Shown: positions 1 through 10,154, counted from the stretch's first letter. The stretch is DNA of 64,000 nucleotides from an uncultured Alphaproteobacteria bacterium (GCA_949297145.1 CASFQO010000002.1:250804-314803), one strand, 5' to 3'. Program-made: numbers and translations. The notes: generated by a model from the letters alone, not told the origin.

Positions 1-1
1 T

Positions 2-1390
2 AAACGCCGTAATCTCTATAACTTAGACAAAGCACGTGAAGTCGCTTATAAAGAAAAGAACCTGATAATTTGCGAAGGTTATATGGATGTGATAGCCTTA
101 GACCGATATGGTTTCGGATATGCCGTCGCGCCGTTAGGAACGGCTTTAACGGAAGAACAGATTATGGAAGCCTGGCGCGTTTGCCCTGAGCCGATATTGT
201 GTTTAGATGGGGATAGCCCGGGAGTAAAAGCCGCCATGCGCGCGGTAGACAGAGTCTTGCCGATATTAAAAGCCGGCTACTCGCTGAAATTTCTATTTTT
301 ACCGGATAATCAAGATCCGGATGAATATTTGCAGGCTCATGGCCGAGAAAGTTTCGGCGCTTTGATGAAAAAGACAAAGCCACTCATAGATATTTTGTGG
401 CAAAAATACACAGAAAATGAAGATAGTTCCACACCTGAGAAGAAAGCGCTGATAGAAAAGACCTTACTGGCCGAAGTCGCCAAAATAACGGATGCAACGG
501 TGAGGAGCTATTATGCACAAGAAATTCGTAATCGAATTTATTTGGCATTCAAACAAACCGCATGGCAAAAACGCGAATATACGGCTCCCCAACCACGCAC
601 CTATTCGCCGCGCCCTCAACCGACGCCGGTAAGAGCAACACCTGCCCCCGCACCGTATAATCCGCCAATACAAAATCAAGAACCGCCCGCTTATTTAGAC
701 AATATCCCGATAAGCGAACCATTGCCGATGCCAAAAGCTTATGAACCGGCGGCGCAACAACGCCCGAGAACGCCGCAAACACCGACTTATACGCGCTCTA
801 ATAACGGATACGGCAATAATAGCTATGGTAATAATAATCGTTATGGCAACCGCCGCAACAGTTATAATGCGCCCCGCCCTCAGATTAACCATACCATAAG
901 CAACGCTCCGGAGACTTTGCGCCAAAGTGCCGATGGAGAAAATGATAAAAACATCCGCTTCATGATTGCGGCAGAATTGATTTATCCGGAACTGATTGAC
1001 GAATATGAAGAGCAGTTATTCAGCAGCGATATCAAAAATACCAAATTAAAAGAGTTGCTGGAAACCATCGCTGATATTTATCACAATACGGAAACGCCGA
1101 TGTCTTCAGAAGAGCTATTAGAAAAACTGTCAACGACTCCGCAAAATCAGCAGATTAAAGAATTGTGGGAATTAGATATGTTGCAAAAGCGTCCTCCGTT
1201 TATCAATGACTTACGTCGCAACATTGATAAACTCCTTTTAGAAGACAAGCTCCGCGGTTTAGAGGAAGAAATCAAAACATTAACGCAAGAAGTCTGCCAA
1301 AACTTTACCGAAGACGCCTATACCCGCTTAACTGAGCTCAAAAAAGAACGCGATGCAATTTTATCCCACGCGGCTGAGCCCGAAGTCTAG
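2..1390 (+). CDS. dnaG: DNA primase DnaG, C-terminal part (5' end lies outside the window)
   Basis: The frame is open from nt 2, before the ORF-track ATG at 83. Toprim-type motifs LIICEGYMDVIAL and CLDGDSPG are present. A helical C-terminal domain sits where the DnaB-binding domain is expected. A P/Q/N/Y-rich linker spans 578-892. Confidence 0.85.
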   Translation, partial: KRRNLYNLDKAREVAYKEKNLIICEGYMDVIALDRYGFGYAVAPLGTALTEEQIMEAWRVCPEPILCLDGDSPGVKAAMRAVDRVLPILKAGYSLKFLFLPDNQDPDEYLQAHGRESFGALMKKTKPLIDILWQKYTENEDSSTPEKKALIEKTLLAEVAKITDATVRSYYAQEIRNRIYLAFKQTAWQKREYTAPQPRTYSPRPQPTPVRATPAPAPYNPPIQNQEPPAYLDNIPISEPLPMPKAYEPAAQQRPRTPQTPTYTRSNNGYGNNSYGNNNRYGNRRNSYNAPRPQINHTISNAPETLRQSADGENDKNIRFMIAAELIYPELIDEYEEQLFSSDIKNTKLKELLETIADIYHNTETPMSSEELLEKLSTTPQNQQIKELWELDMLQKRPPFINDLRRNIDKLLLEDKLRGLEEEIKTLTQEVCQNFTEDAYTRLTELKKERDAILSHAAEPEV

Positions 1391-1450
1391 ACAAAATCAC
1401 TTACTCAAATTTAAGCTTCTAGGATTTTACTAAATATTTTCAAAAAAATC

Positions 1451-1479
1451 TTGACAAAACTCTTCCATAATGCTAGAAA
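1451..1479 (+). promoter_or_regulatory. sigma70-type promoter candidate for ncRNA candidate 1
   Basis: TTGACA (1451-1456), 17 nt spacer, TAGAAA (1474-1479). The same cTTGACAAAAC / 17 nt / TAGAA layout recurs at 1942-1970. It fits the TTGAC-N17-TAnnAn pattern seen upstream of rpoD, tRNA-Met and other genes here. Confidence 0.4.
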
Positions 1480-1485
1480 GACAAT

Positions 1486-1905
1486 CACTACAATATAACT
1501 TAAATATTATTTTCTTTTTTTCTTAATTCTTTCTTTTGTCTGCCTTTTTCTAAAATACTATGATTAACGCAGACATCACTCTCCTTCCCTCATGAGAATG
1601 CCGGAACCGAGGTGAAAAGTTTAACAATTTAAGGCAAGACAACTCTTGCTTAATCATGATGTTAGAGCTATCGGTTTGTGAAAATCGATAGTTCTTCTAA
1701 ACAAAAAGATCTATTTTTGCTAGGTAGAGATGTTTACCCTTTCTTTAACATCTCAATAATCTGCCCCTTTGTGAAAAGCAGCAGATTGATTATAAAGAAT
1801 GTTTCTGTTCCATATAAATTTCATGGTTCTCAGTTTACCGTTAAAACGGTAAGCCAAAGATTTGAGGTTTTAAGCGTCTGATTTGTGAAAATCAGGCGCT
1901 TTTTT
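1486..1905 (+). ncRNA. candidate structured ncRNA, copy 1 (unknown family; 5' end only predicted)
   Basis: No credible ORF, a predicted promoter upstream and an intrinsic terminator at the 3' end. Ordered hairpins lie at 1668-1691, 1727-1754, 1758-1787, 1835-1852 and 1874-1899. Three of them are capped by the identical 10-nt UUUGUGAAAA. The same hairpin order is found in the adjacent copy. Confidence 0.35.
1874..1905 (+). terminator. rho-independent terminator
   Basis: GCGTCTGA / TCAGGCGC 8-bp stem (one G.U), UUUGUGAAAA cap, then a T6 run. Confidence 0.7.
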
Positions 1906-1941
1906 GTATCAAAAAACTCTTAAAAAAATTTGAATAAAGAC

Positions 1942-1970
1942 TTGACAAAACATTTAGAACTCGTTAGAAC
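1942..1970 (+). promoter_or_regulatory. sigma70-type promoter candidate for ncRNA candidate 2
   Basis: TTGACA (1942-1947), 17 nt spacer, TAGAAC (1965-1970). Paralogous to 1451-1479. Confidence 0.4.
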
Positions 1971-1976
1971 AACTCC

Positions 1977-2342
1977 CGCAAATTTATTATTGAAATATAC
2001 ATATAAAATCTGTAATAATCCCTGTTTGCAGGTGCATAAACACTTTGCAAACATCAGTTTTCTTTGTTAATAAAGAGCCGTCTGTTTGTGAAAATAGGCC
2101 GTTCTGATAAGTGAAAACGTCTAATTTATGGAGATGTCCCAAAAGCATCTCGCCAATCTGCTTCTTTGTGAAAAGCGGCAGATTTTATAAAGAGTATAAT
2201 TCTTCTTCAGTTCTAGGTAAATAGCCTAAATAGAAGTTTACATATGTAAAAATGACGCTTTACCCCTTTGAGAAAAACGGTAAAGTAATGATTTTTAAGC
2301 AATAAAACGTCTGATTTGTGAAAATCGGACGTTTTACTTTTT
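1977..2342 (+). ncRNA. candidate structured ncRNA, copy 2 (paralog of 1486-1905)
   Basis: Hairpins at 2077-2102, 2131-2151, 2155-2184, about 2258-2285 and 2304-2335 follow the same order as copy 1. Three carry the UUUGUGAAAA cap. There is no ORF of 60 aa or more. Confidence 0.35.
2304..2342. terminator. bidirectional rho-independent terminator
   Basis: AAAACGTCTGA / TCGGACGTTTT 11-bp stem with T-runs on both strands. It ends ncRNA candidate 2 on + and could also end the convergent 863-aa gene on -. Confidence 0.7.
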
Positions 2343-2370
2343 AGAAGCCAAATAAAAATAAAAGAACAAT

Positions 2371-4962
2371 TTATTTTTTGCGAAAGAATTTGATTTTTTG
2401 AGCCAAAGCCCTAATTTTAGCAATGGAAGGTGAATTTGCTAAATCAGCATCTTCAACTTTTTGTTTAATCAAAGCAGCCTGCTCCTCAGCCTTTTTGACC
2501 GCCGCCGTAGCTATTTGTTTAATGTGCTCAAAATGTTTATCTACTTCTTGAGAATTGATATTTAAAATACTGGATATATTTATTTTTTGAGACTTTTCAG
2601 TCTGAGGCTCTGCCGCCCCTTCATTATTCCATTCTTCAAATTTCGGCAACTCCGGTGCAACCGCAGGCGTAGGCTCAGTTGCCTTCTCAGTCTGTTCAGC
2701 AGAATCCGTCTGTTGAGAATTTTCTTGAACGCCCTGCTCCGCTGTTGCCTTTATTTGAGGAACTTCTTGAGAGGCAAAAGAAACATCCGGAGCAATAGCC
2801 CTGTTTTCAACAGCAGCTTTATCTAACTCAACTGCTATAGGTTGCTCGCTGCTTGTTGTTTGAATGTCAAATTTTAACATGGAATCATCAGAAATATTTT
2901 GAGTTTTATCAGAATACGTTGTTTCCATAGATGAAATGCCAGTTTTATCTAGGGGATCAATAATATCGGTAACTGCATCAAGCGATAATCCAGCTTGCGA
3001 TGTTGCGTTAATCACTGTACGATCAACATCATCATTCTGCACTGCTACATCAGTAATCGACTTATCCGGTTGCTGCGTATTCTGTTCTTTTTCAACTTTA
3101 TCTACGATATCAGCGGTATTTTCTTTAAATTGAGTTATTGTACCTTTATGCTGTTCGGCTTGTGCATAGCTCCGCAAAATATCTGCCGAAGAAGGAATTT
3201 TGCTTGTTGGCCTGGTTTCAGAAAAGCTTTTTCGTTCCGGTTCTTTATCTTGAATTTTCTGTGGAATAACCAACTCTTTGGGAGCAGAAAATTCACTATG
3301 CGGTAAATCCTTCTGCGTATCATTGATAATATTTTCAGCCACCTTGGCCAAATCAACAGCATCTTTATCTTCTGGGTGCTTGGTAGTAGAAAGAAGAGTA
3401 TGTTCCTCCACTTCTGCCACAGCGTCAACGACTTCATTTTCCAATTGTGCAGATTGCTGAGCATCTAAGAGTTTCTTTTTATCGTTTTCAGCGTATTTAG
3501 CCCAGTTAAGCATAGAAGTTCCTGCCACAAACTGCTCTAATTTTTGTTTAGCCATAGATAAAGGGTTATCCTCGTCAGTTCCGATAATAACGCCTTCTTC
3601 AGTTTCAAACACACGCAAATTTAATTGTTGTGCCAAGAAACACATTTCTTGTGTTAATTTATCATCCATATACATCAAAGTGTTGGCAAACAAAATAAAT
3701 TGCTTAACCAATTCGTTTTTATCCAAGAACCAGTTACCGAAGACTAAGTATTTAAGGAGTATAGCAGCCTGCTGCGGGCATCCGGCTTCAATAAAAATAC
3801 GAGTAGCCGTCAAAGCACGTCTGGCTGCATATTCCATAAAAAAGGCATCACCGCTGCGAAGATTTTGCATATTCATACAAATAATATCTAAAATAAACCC
3901 TTCCGAGCCTTTAACCTTGGGCAGCAAGCGGTGCAAAAAGCCAATAAGTTCAGTAGCTCTACCCTTTTTAGCCAATTCCAACAAGATTTGCACAGCCGAT
4001 TTGATTTGGTTAAGTTCCACCAAGGTCATTGCAAAAACAACACCCTTAGGCTCCGCATCTTTTTGAATAAATTTCAAACAACGTTCGGTTAAGGGTTTTA
4101 TTTTACCAAACTCGTGCTTAATAAATTTAGCTTCGGTTTCATCAAAAAAGCCGTATTCATCTTCAAATTTCGTAGCAAAATCTTCAATTTCGGCATTTCT
4201 GGCCAAAAGAGGTTCCGCTTCCAACTCAGATAACCCGTCCAACGCCTCGTCAGCCATCAATTTAGCTAAAACGGCATCATCAAGCCCGATAGATTTTGGA
4301 GAAAAGCCGTCATTAACGGCATCAAAGAGATAAGAAAAGAGATAGTCTTTTTCTTTTTCGGTCAATTTACGGTGTGTATATGCAGCCACATCACAAAGTT
4401 TGCGCAGAACGTCCGTTTTTTCATACACAGCCGCCACGGCATCAGGCGTAACACCGCAAGCAGCCCCCATCCCTCTAAATCTTTCCAAATATGATTTTAA
4501 TTTATCATTAAGCTCGGTTTCATTGAGTTGTTCCATCATTTTTTTGTAATCAACGCAATAAGGCGAAACCTGTTGCATCAAATCAGCATCAGTTTTGACT
4601 AATTTTTCCAAAACGGTTTTACGAAATTTAACACTGGCCTGAAAATTATCCAATCCTTTCCAAGCTTTAATTCTACCATCGGCAAAGCAGTCAGCCATTT
4701 TTCGGTTATAATCAGCAAGTTCCCCTTTATCAAACGCCTGAACCACGCCAAATTGCACCAACGCGTTCCAAATTTTGTGTCGAACAACGGGAGATGTTCC
4801 CTTAATACCGGCCACACCGATAAGTCCCCATAAATACGGAAAATTAGTTTTATTAAAAATATCTTCGTTTTCCTGAACGCCCAAATTCTTCATAAACCGC
4901 TCAACGACAATTTCTTTTCCTAAAGCGACTACATTTTGCAGTTCAGTTTCATTCCACAACAT
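2371..4962 (-). CDS. hypothetical protein, 863 aa
   Basis: Long uninterrupted ORF. A structured N-terminal ~470 aa is followed by an acidic, Q/T/S-rich low-complexity half. No motif recognised. Confidence 0.7.
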   Translation of the reverse strand: MLWNETELQNVVALGKEIVVERFMKNLGVQENEDIFNKTNFPYLWGLIGVAGIKGTSPVVRHKIWNALVQFGVVQAFDKGELADYNRKMADCFADGRIKAWKGLDNFQASVKFRKTVLEKLVKTDADLMQQVSPYCVDYKKMMEQLNETELNDKLKSYLERFRGMGAACGVTPDAVAAVYEKTDVLRKLCDVAAYTHRKLTEKEKDYLFSYLFDAVNDGFSPKSIGLDDAVLAKLMADEALDGLSELEAEPLLARNAEIEDFATKFEDEYGFFDETEAKFIKHEFGKIKPLTERCLKFIQKDAEPKGVVFAMTLVELNQIKSAVQILLELAKKGRATELIGFLHRLLPKVKGSEGFILDIICMNMQNLRSGDAFFMEYAARRALTATRIFIEAGCPQQAAILLKYLVFGNWFLDKNELVKQFILFANTLMYMDDKLTQEMCFLAQQLNLRVFETEEGVIIGTDEDNPLSMAKQKLEQFVAGTSMLNWAKYAENDKKKLLDAQQSAQLENEVVDAVAEVEEHTLLSTTKHPEDKDAVDLAKVAENIINDTQKDLPHSEFSAPKELVIPQKIQDKEPERKSFSETRPTSKIPSSADILRSYAQAEQHKGTITQFKENTADIVDKVEKEQNTQQPDKSITDVAVQNDDVDRTVINATSQAGLSLDAVTDIIDPLDKTGISSMETTYSDKTQNISDDSMLKFDIQTTSSEQPIAVELDKAAVENRAIAPDVSFASQEVPQIKATAEQGVQENSQQTDSAEQTEKATEPTPAVAPELPKFEEWNNEGAAEPQTEKSQKINISSILNINSQEVDKHFEHIKQIATAAVKKAEEQAALIKQKVEDADLANSPSIAKIRALAQKIKFFRKK

Positions 4963-5090
4963 AGCGATAACAATCTCCCAACCTACAATAAGTTATCATA
5001 CAAAGATTTAAGTCCAAGTGTCAAGGCAATAAATAAAGGTTTGAACACGAAAAAGAGTTAAAAAAAATCTGCATTAAGCCGAATTTAGAC

Positions 5091-5119
5091 TTGACAAACA
5101 CCCTATGAGCGATTATGTA
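5091..5119 (+). promoter_or_regulatory. sigma70-type promoter candidate for rpoD
   Basis: TTGACA (5091-5096), 17 nt spacer, TATGTA (5114-5119), about 75 nt upstream of the rpoD ATG. Confidence 0.45.
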
Positions 5120-5194
5120 TGTAACCGCTTGCAATTTTTTGTCGGTTTATACTACGTATAAAAAGGCAATTTAAAATCGATTTTAAGGAACGAC

Positions 5195-7261
5195 ATGTCA
5201 GAAACAGATAACGAAGATTACAGAACATCTGATGCCCCTCTGTTGGATTCATTTGGCAGTGCGCTAAAGAAGTTAATTGCCAAAGGAAAAGAGCAAGGAT
5301 ACATCACAATAGAAGAACTTAATCAAGCCCTTCCATCCGAAAGAGAGACCTCCGACCAGATAGAAGATATCATGGCAGCCATTTCCGATATGGAAATCAG
5401 CATAATATCTGCCGATGAAACGGAAGATTTTGAAGATGACAACGGCGAAGAAGAAAGTCCTGAAGAAGACGAAATTTTAGACGACGAAGACGGTGTCGGC
5501 AATTTAGACGGCAAAGAGCTAATGCGCTCGGATGATCCGGTTCGTATGTACTTAAAAGAAATGGGCACCGTAGAATTACTGTCGCGAGAAGGCGAAATAG
5601 CAATCGCCAAAAGAATAGAAGCCGGCAAAACGGTTATGATTGGAGGTCTTTGCGAAAATCCGATGACCTTAAAAGCCATCTCCAAATGGCGTGATGAATT
5701 AGTTGCCGGCACGATGCAACTCCGCAACATCATTGACTTGGAAATGATGTATGGTGTGGATTCAGAGGCCATTGTTTATGATGACGAAACACCACAAGTG
5801 GATGACTTAGAGCAAGTTGCCAAAGATTTAGAAGCCAAAAACTTGGATGAAATAGACGATGATCTAGAAAATGATATTGAATTTGATGACACCGTTGATG
5901 ATGAGCCGGAAGAAGAAGACGTTTCCGAAGGCGGAGATTTAGACGGCGAAGGCGATGGAGAATTGGATGATGAAGAAGAAGGCGGACACAGCACAACTTC
6001 TATCAGCGCCATGGAAGCTGCCCTCTTTGAACCGGTTTTGGATATTTTGAACAAAATTTCCAGCTACTATGATGAATTGAGCCGTATTCAAAGCCAACGC
6101 ATGAAGGCAATCTTGGCTGGAAGAAAAGCACAACCTGCTTTGGAAAAGAAATACACCAATATCAAAAAAGAATTAATTGAGTTAATGAGTTCTATTCACT
6201 TAAACTCAGCTCGTGTTGAAGAATTGGTAGAACAATTAAACGAATTAAACCGCCGTTTGATGGGAGTTGAAGGTAAATTAATGCGTTTGGCATTAAATTG
6301 CCGCGTTAAAAGAGAAGATTTCTTGGAAGCATATCAACGTTCCGAATTAGATCCGCATTGGGTTGAAAAGATGGCTGAAAAGAAAGATAAGCACTGGCAG
6401 AACTTCATCAAAGATAACCTTGAAGAAATTACCGAATTGCGTAACTCTTTGGCAGAAATGAGTAAAGAATGCGGTTTACCGATTTCAGAATATCGTAAAA
6501 TGGTAGATACCATTAAACGTGGCGAAAGAGAAGCAGACCGTGCTAAAAAAGAGATGATTGAAGCAAACTTAAGATTAGTTATCTCAATCTCTAAAAAATA
6601 CACCAACCGCGGTATGCAATTCTTAGATTTAATCCAAGAAGGCAACATCGGTTTGATGAAAGCCGTAGATAAATTTGAATACCGCAGAGGCTATAAATTC
6701 TCGACCTATGCAACCTGGTGGATACGTCAGGCAATCACACGTTCCATTGCCGACCAAGCACGCACAATCCGTATTCCGGTTCATATGATTGAGACCATCA
6801 ATAAATTGGTAAGAACCTCACGCCAAATGTCTTTGGAAATGGGCAGAGAACCAATACCGGAGGAATTGGCAAAGAGATTATCCATGCCGGTAGATAAAAT
6901 CCGTAAGGTAATGAAAATAGCCAAAGAACCGGTCAGCCTTGAAGCTCCGGTCGGAGATGAAGAAGATTCATCATTGGGTGATTTTATTGCTGATGAAAAC
7001 GCATTACAACCGATTGATTCCGCAATTCATGCCAACTTAAAAGAAACCTGCACCCGCATTTTATCCTCCCTTACTCCAAGAGAAGAAAGAGTATTGCGTA
7101 TGCGTTTCGGTATCGGTATGAATACGGACCATACATTGGAAGAAGTTGGACAGCAATTTAATGTCACCAGAGAGCGTATTCGTCAAATTGAGGCAAAGGC
7201 ATTAAGAAAATTGAAGCACCCGAGCCGCAGTAAGAAGTTACGTTCTTTCTTAGACCAATAA
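5195..7261 (+). CDS. rpoD: RNA polymerase primary sigma factor RpoD
   Basis: Region 2 to 4 signatures are present: [54 protein letters not shown] and [28 protein letters not shown] long acidic insert lies in the N-terminal half. Confidence 0.97.
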   Translation: MSETDNEDYRTSDAPLLDSFGSALKKLIAKGKEQGYITIEELNQALPSERETSDQIEDIMAAISDMEISIISADETEDFEDDNGEEESPEEDEILDDEDGVGNLDGKELMRSDDPVRMYLKEMGTVELLSREGEIAIAKRIEAGKTVMIGGLCENPMTLKAISKWRDELVAGTMQLRNIIDLEMMYGVDSEAIVYDDETPQVDDLEQVAKDLEAKNLDEIDDDLENDIEFDDTVDDEPEEEDVSEGGDLDGEGDGELDDEEEGGHSTTSISAMEAALFEPVLDILNKISSYYDELSRIQSQRMKAILAGRKAQPALEKKYTNIKKELIELMSSIHLNSARVEELVEQLNELNRRLMGVEGKLMRLALNCRVKREDFLEAYQRSELDPHWVEKMAEKKDKHWQNFIKDNLEEITELRNSLAEMSKECGLPISEYRKMVDTIKRGEREADRAKKEMIEANLRLVISISKKYTNRGMQFLDLIQEGNIGLMKAVDKFEYRRGYKFSTYATWWIRQAITRSIADQARTIRIPVHMIETINKLVRTSRQMSLEMGREPIPEELAKRLSMPVDKIRKVMKIAKEPVSLEAPVGDEEDSSLGDFIADENALQPIDSAIHANLKETCTRILSSLTPREERVLRMRFGIGMNTDHTLEEVGQQFNVTRERIRQIEAKALRKLKHPSRSKKLRSFLDQ

Positions 7262-7272
7262 GAAAAAAAGAC

Positions 7273-7303
7273 AAGCCCCGTCACAATGGCGGGGTTTTCT
7301 TTG
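7273..7303 (+). terminator. rho-independent terminator of rpoD
   Basis: aaGCCCCG...CGGGGtt stem followed by TTTTCTTT, 12 nt after the stop codon. Confidence 0.75.
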
Positions 7304-7338
7304 ATAACTATAGCCCTACTCTTTTGTAAGTATATAAC

Positions 7339-7373
7339 AAAAAAGCGGCGTTTCCGATAAGGAAACAACCGCT
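7339..7373 (-). terminator. rho-independent terminator of the 498-aa gene
   Basis: On the minus strand: AGCGG-UU-GUUUCC / GGAAAC-G-CCGCU stem followed by U6. Confidence 0.75.
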
Positions 7374-7380
7374 AATAAAA

Positions 7381-8877
7381 TTACTCAGCAAGTTTTTGCA
7401 AATTGATAACATCATCAAAAGATAATATCTGCTTGTTATCCAGTTTTTTCTTAAACGCGTCCAGTAACGTCAATGCTTCAGCATAATTATGATACTTTTG
7501 TTTCAATTCTTGAGCAAACTGTTTTTGTCTTTCCAAAACTGCAGTATCGTTCAAAATATCATTCATTTTCGCATCCCAATCCAGTATATATTGCAAAGCT
7601 CTACTTCGAGCAAAATTGATTGGTCTTTCATCAAAATAAAGAAGCACATCCGCTTTATGCTCCGAAGGCAAACGTGTCCTATACAGAGACGGCCAAATAC
7701 CACGAGAATAAGAAGCATAACGAGCCCACTTATCCCTGATTTGGCTATACATAACACCACACACTTGTTTTGATATATCCTGCAGTACACCTCGAACTAC
7801 GGCAAATCTCCATTCAGTTTCCAATGCCAATTTAAGGACATCCTTCTGCAAAAAGGCTATATCCATTTTGAGTTCTGTTGTTAATTCTAAAACATTAGCT
7901 GTATAGAACAAAGCCCTATTGAGATAAACATCAGTAGCAGGATTGATAAACCGTTCAGTCCACAAATAATTCATATCATCATGATCCCAAGGGATAAGCT
8001 CATCAATATCAAAATAATTGTTAAACTGAAAAGGTTGTTCACTTTTCCAATCAGAATAGTTAATCCAATACAAAATTTGCACAATTTCCAAAGGTGAAAG
8101 CAACACCGACACGGGTACATCTTCAATAAGTAGATGTTCATCTTTTTCAGACCAACTCCGTTTTGTTTGAATTTTGTGTTGCTGTTCATAATACGGCTCG
8201 TGCGTAATTTTATAAATGCAATTAACCCCGATTTGAATGTAATCCGGATCATAAACCGAATATTCATACCAATCATCCAAATAATATCGACTAAGCCATT
8301 TACAAAACATCATTTGCTCATTAGCTTTTTTACGATATTGATTAGACAAGCCATACCATTCATTTCTATCATCACAAAATTTTTGCTGAAAACTCTGATT
8401 ATCAAATGGTCTGATGTAGAATTGTCCGGAAAGAATATCAAAATAGACTTTAATGATATCAAATTTTTGCGCCAATTCATCTTCCCACAAAGACAGTTCA
8501 TCAAGCTTTTTTTGTAGCTGTTCCGCTTTTGGATTATATCTATCCTCAGACTGATAAGGGACTAATTTGACAAATGTTCTAATATCAATATCACGTTGTT
8601 CGGGCAACTTTGCCAGATTGATAGAAGGAAACCACTCTTCGGCCAAACGCTTCCAATTCCACCCATCTTTAGGCTTATAGGCAAGCATTTCATAAACAAG
8701 ATTAAATCCCAAATCATTTTGAAAAGATTTAGGCTGCTTATCGGATTTAAACCGCACTTGCGCAAAAAAGACATCACAACAGTAATATCCGCTATCATAC
8801 AAGTATTTGCTCAAACAAGCACGCATAAAACGCGCATCTAAAAACTCCTGTCGTAAAGGAACATAAAAATCATTCAT
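7381..8877 (-). CDS. hypothetical protein, 498 aa, W/Y/D-rich
   Basis: Long ORF with its own terminator. No motif recognised. Confidence 0.7.
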   Translation of the reverse strand: MNDFYVPLRQEFLDARFMRACLSKYLYDSGYYCCDVFFAQVRFKSDKQPKSFQNDLGFNLVYEMLAYKPKDGWNWKRLAEEWFPSINLAKLPEQRDIDIRTFVKLVPYQSEDRYNPKAEQLQKKLDELSLWEDELAQKFDIIKVYFDILSGQFYIRPFDNQSFQQKFCDDRNEWYGLSNQYRKKANEQMMFCKWLSRYYLDDWYEYSVYDPDYIQIGVNCIYKITHEPYYEQQHKIQTKRSWSEKDEHLLIEDVPVSVLLSPLEIVQILYWINYSDWKSEQPFQFNNYFDIDELIPWDHDDMNYLWTERFINPATDVYLNRALFYTANVLELTTELKMDIAFLQKDVLKLALETEWRFAVVRGVLQDISKQVCGVMYSQIRDKWARYASYSRGIWPSLYRTRLPSEHKADVLLYFDERPINFARSRALQYILDWDAKMNDILNDTAVLERQKQFAQELKQKYHNYAEALTLLDAFKKKLDNKQILSFDDVINLQKLAE

Positions 8878-8980
8878 AAGCGTAATTTTTTAAGACATAA
8901 TAACTTTTTAATTGTCCACAGTATAGACACAAAAAAACATAAAAGCAACTAAAATTTGTCAAATAGATTTATTCATATAC

Positions 8981-9009
8981 AAAAAAAGCACCGATATAAA
9001 ACCGATGCT
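8981..9009 (-). terminator. rho-independent terminator of the 287-aa gene
   Basis: On the minus strand: AGCAUCG / CGGUGCU 7-bp stem (one G.U) followed by U7. Confidence 0.7.
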
Positions 9010-9033
9010 TTTTTCTCTAAGATTTTAGAAAGA

Positions 9034-9897
9034 TTAACTTTCGGGCTCCACTTCAACATTGTTGTCTGTTTCCTTACTGTGCTTAAATCTTTTTTCGGCA
9101 GCGTTTTTTGCCTCTTTTCTCACTGCAATAATCAGACACATAAGAGTAAGAATAACAATAGTTCTAACGAGCCACTCAGAAGCGGCGTGATAAGAACATT
9201 TGATGAGAACAATATCACTATCCTCCAGTTTGGAAGAAGAAGCAAAAAAAGCCCCATCCCACTCATAAAAAAATTTAAAGTCGTCAGATTTCAGTCCGCT
9301 AACTGCGTCAATATTAAGCGACAACTCACTTTCTGTAACATGAGCAACTACAGGATTATTGTTTTTAGTCTGCGCAATAAAATCAAACAAATGAAATACG
9401 TTTAAGACAAAAACAATCACAATGCCCCACCAGATAGAATTAAGCACCGTTTGTCCTTTTGGGTTACCTTTTTCCAGAAGTTTAATTCCGAACAAAAACA
9501 AAAGCAACACGACAAAACCGATAAGAAACATAACCCACGGCGTAAAGGAACGAATAAAATCATGATAAGCCAATTTTGTGCAAAAAAGTTGCAAACCATT
9601 AGCCCTGTCTAAATTAACGTTAGCTACGACAGAAACATAACCTTCCGTAATATAGACATAGATTTTCTTATTCCAATCGATTTCTTCCCCACACCAACCC
9701 ATTCTGGCATATGTTGTCATATACGTCTTGGTTTTATGTACGGTATCCAATTCATCTTGAATTGTCAAAGACGCCTCATCGGGATTATATTTAGCAATTC
9801 CATAAGCACCTAAAGTACGCGGTCCGACATCTTCACAACTACGGAAACTGTAAACCATCAACAAGAACAGTCCCAAAAAAATCAAAAACTTTTTCAT
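9034..9897 (-). CDS. hypothetical membrane/secreted protein, 287 aa
   Basis: N-terminal signal-like segment MKKFLIFLGLFLLMVYSF plus several internal hydrophobic helices. Confidence 0.65.
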   Translation of the reverse strand: MKKFLIFLGLFLLMVYSFRSCEDVGPRTLGAYGIAKYNPDEASLTIQDELDTVHKTKTYMTTYARMGWCGEEIDWNKKIYVYITEGYVSVVANVNLDRANGLQLFCTKLAYHDFIRSFTPWVMFLIGFVVLLLFLFGIKLLEKGNPKGQTVLNSIWWGIVIVFVLNVFHLFDFIAQTKNNNPVVAHVTESELSLNIDAVSGLKSDDFKFFYEWDGAFFASSSKLEDSDIVLIKCSYHAASEWLVRTIVILTLMCLIIAVRKEAKNAAEKRFKHSKETDNNVEVEPES

Positions 9898-10121
9898 ATC
9901 TATAAAATTAATAATTAGTAAATTCGCCCTATCATAACGTTATTAGACAAAAAGTCAACACATTAATCTCCCCGCACGCTTTATTTTAATACATAAACGC
10001 AAAATTCCCTCAATTCCAAACGCCGAATAATTGCCCACGCCCTCATCCTCACCTTAAAGTAGATACTTTCTTCTATTTATAGGGGATAAACAGTCCACTG
10101 CCCGTTCTCATTATATTCCAC

Positions 10122-10154
10122 AAAAAAAGGACAGCACATAAAGTAACTGTCCTT
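10122..10154 (-). terminator. rho-independent terminator of the rpsF-rpsR-rplI operon
   Basis: On the minus strand: AAGGACAG / CUGUCCUU stem followed by U7, about 90 nt after the rplI stop. Confidence 0.6.

Noticed and set aside
1678-1881. A 67-aa ORF inside ncRNA candidate 1.
   Set aside because: It starts at a GTG that sits in the conserved hairpin cap and has no RBS. The paralogous unit 2 has no equivalent ORF.
5323-6133. Several 60-150 aa ORFs antisense to rpoD. Similar antisense ORFs lie inside uvrA (55948-57048), lolA (46068-46745), prfB (50189-50812) and the phage genes (30814-31542, 31648-32172, 39321-39782).
   Set aside because: They lie entirely within strongly supported genes on the opposite strand. 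Their composition is biased (S/R/L-rich or low complexity) and they have no RBS. They are shadow ORFs.
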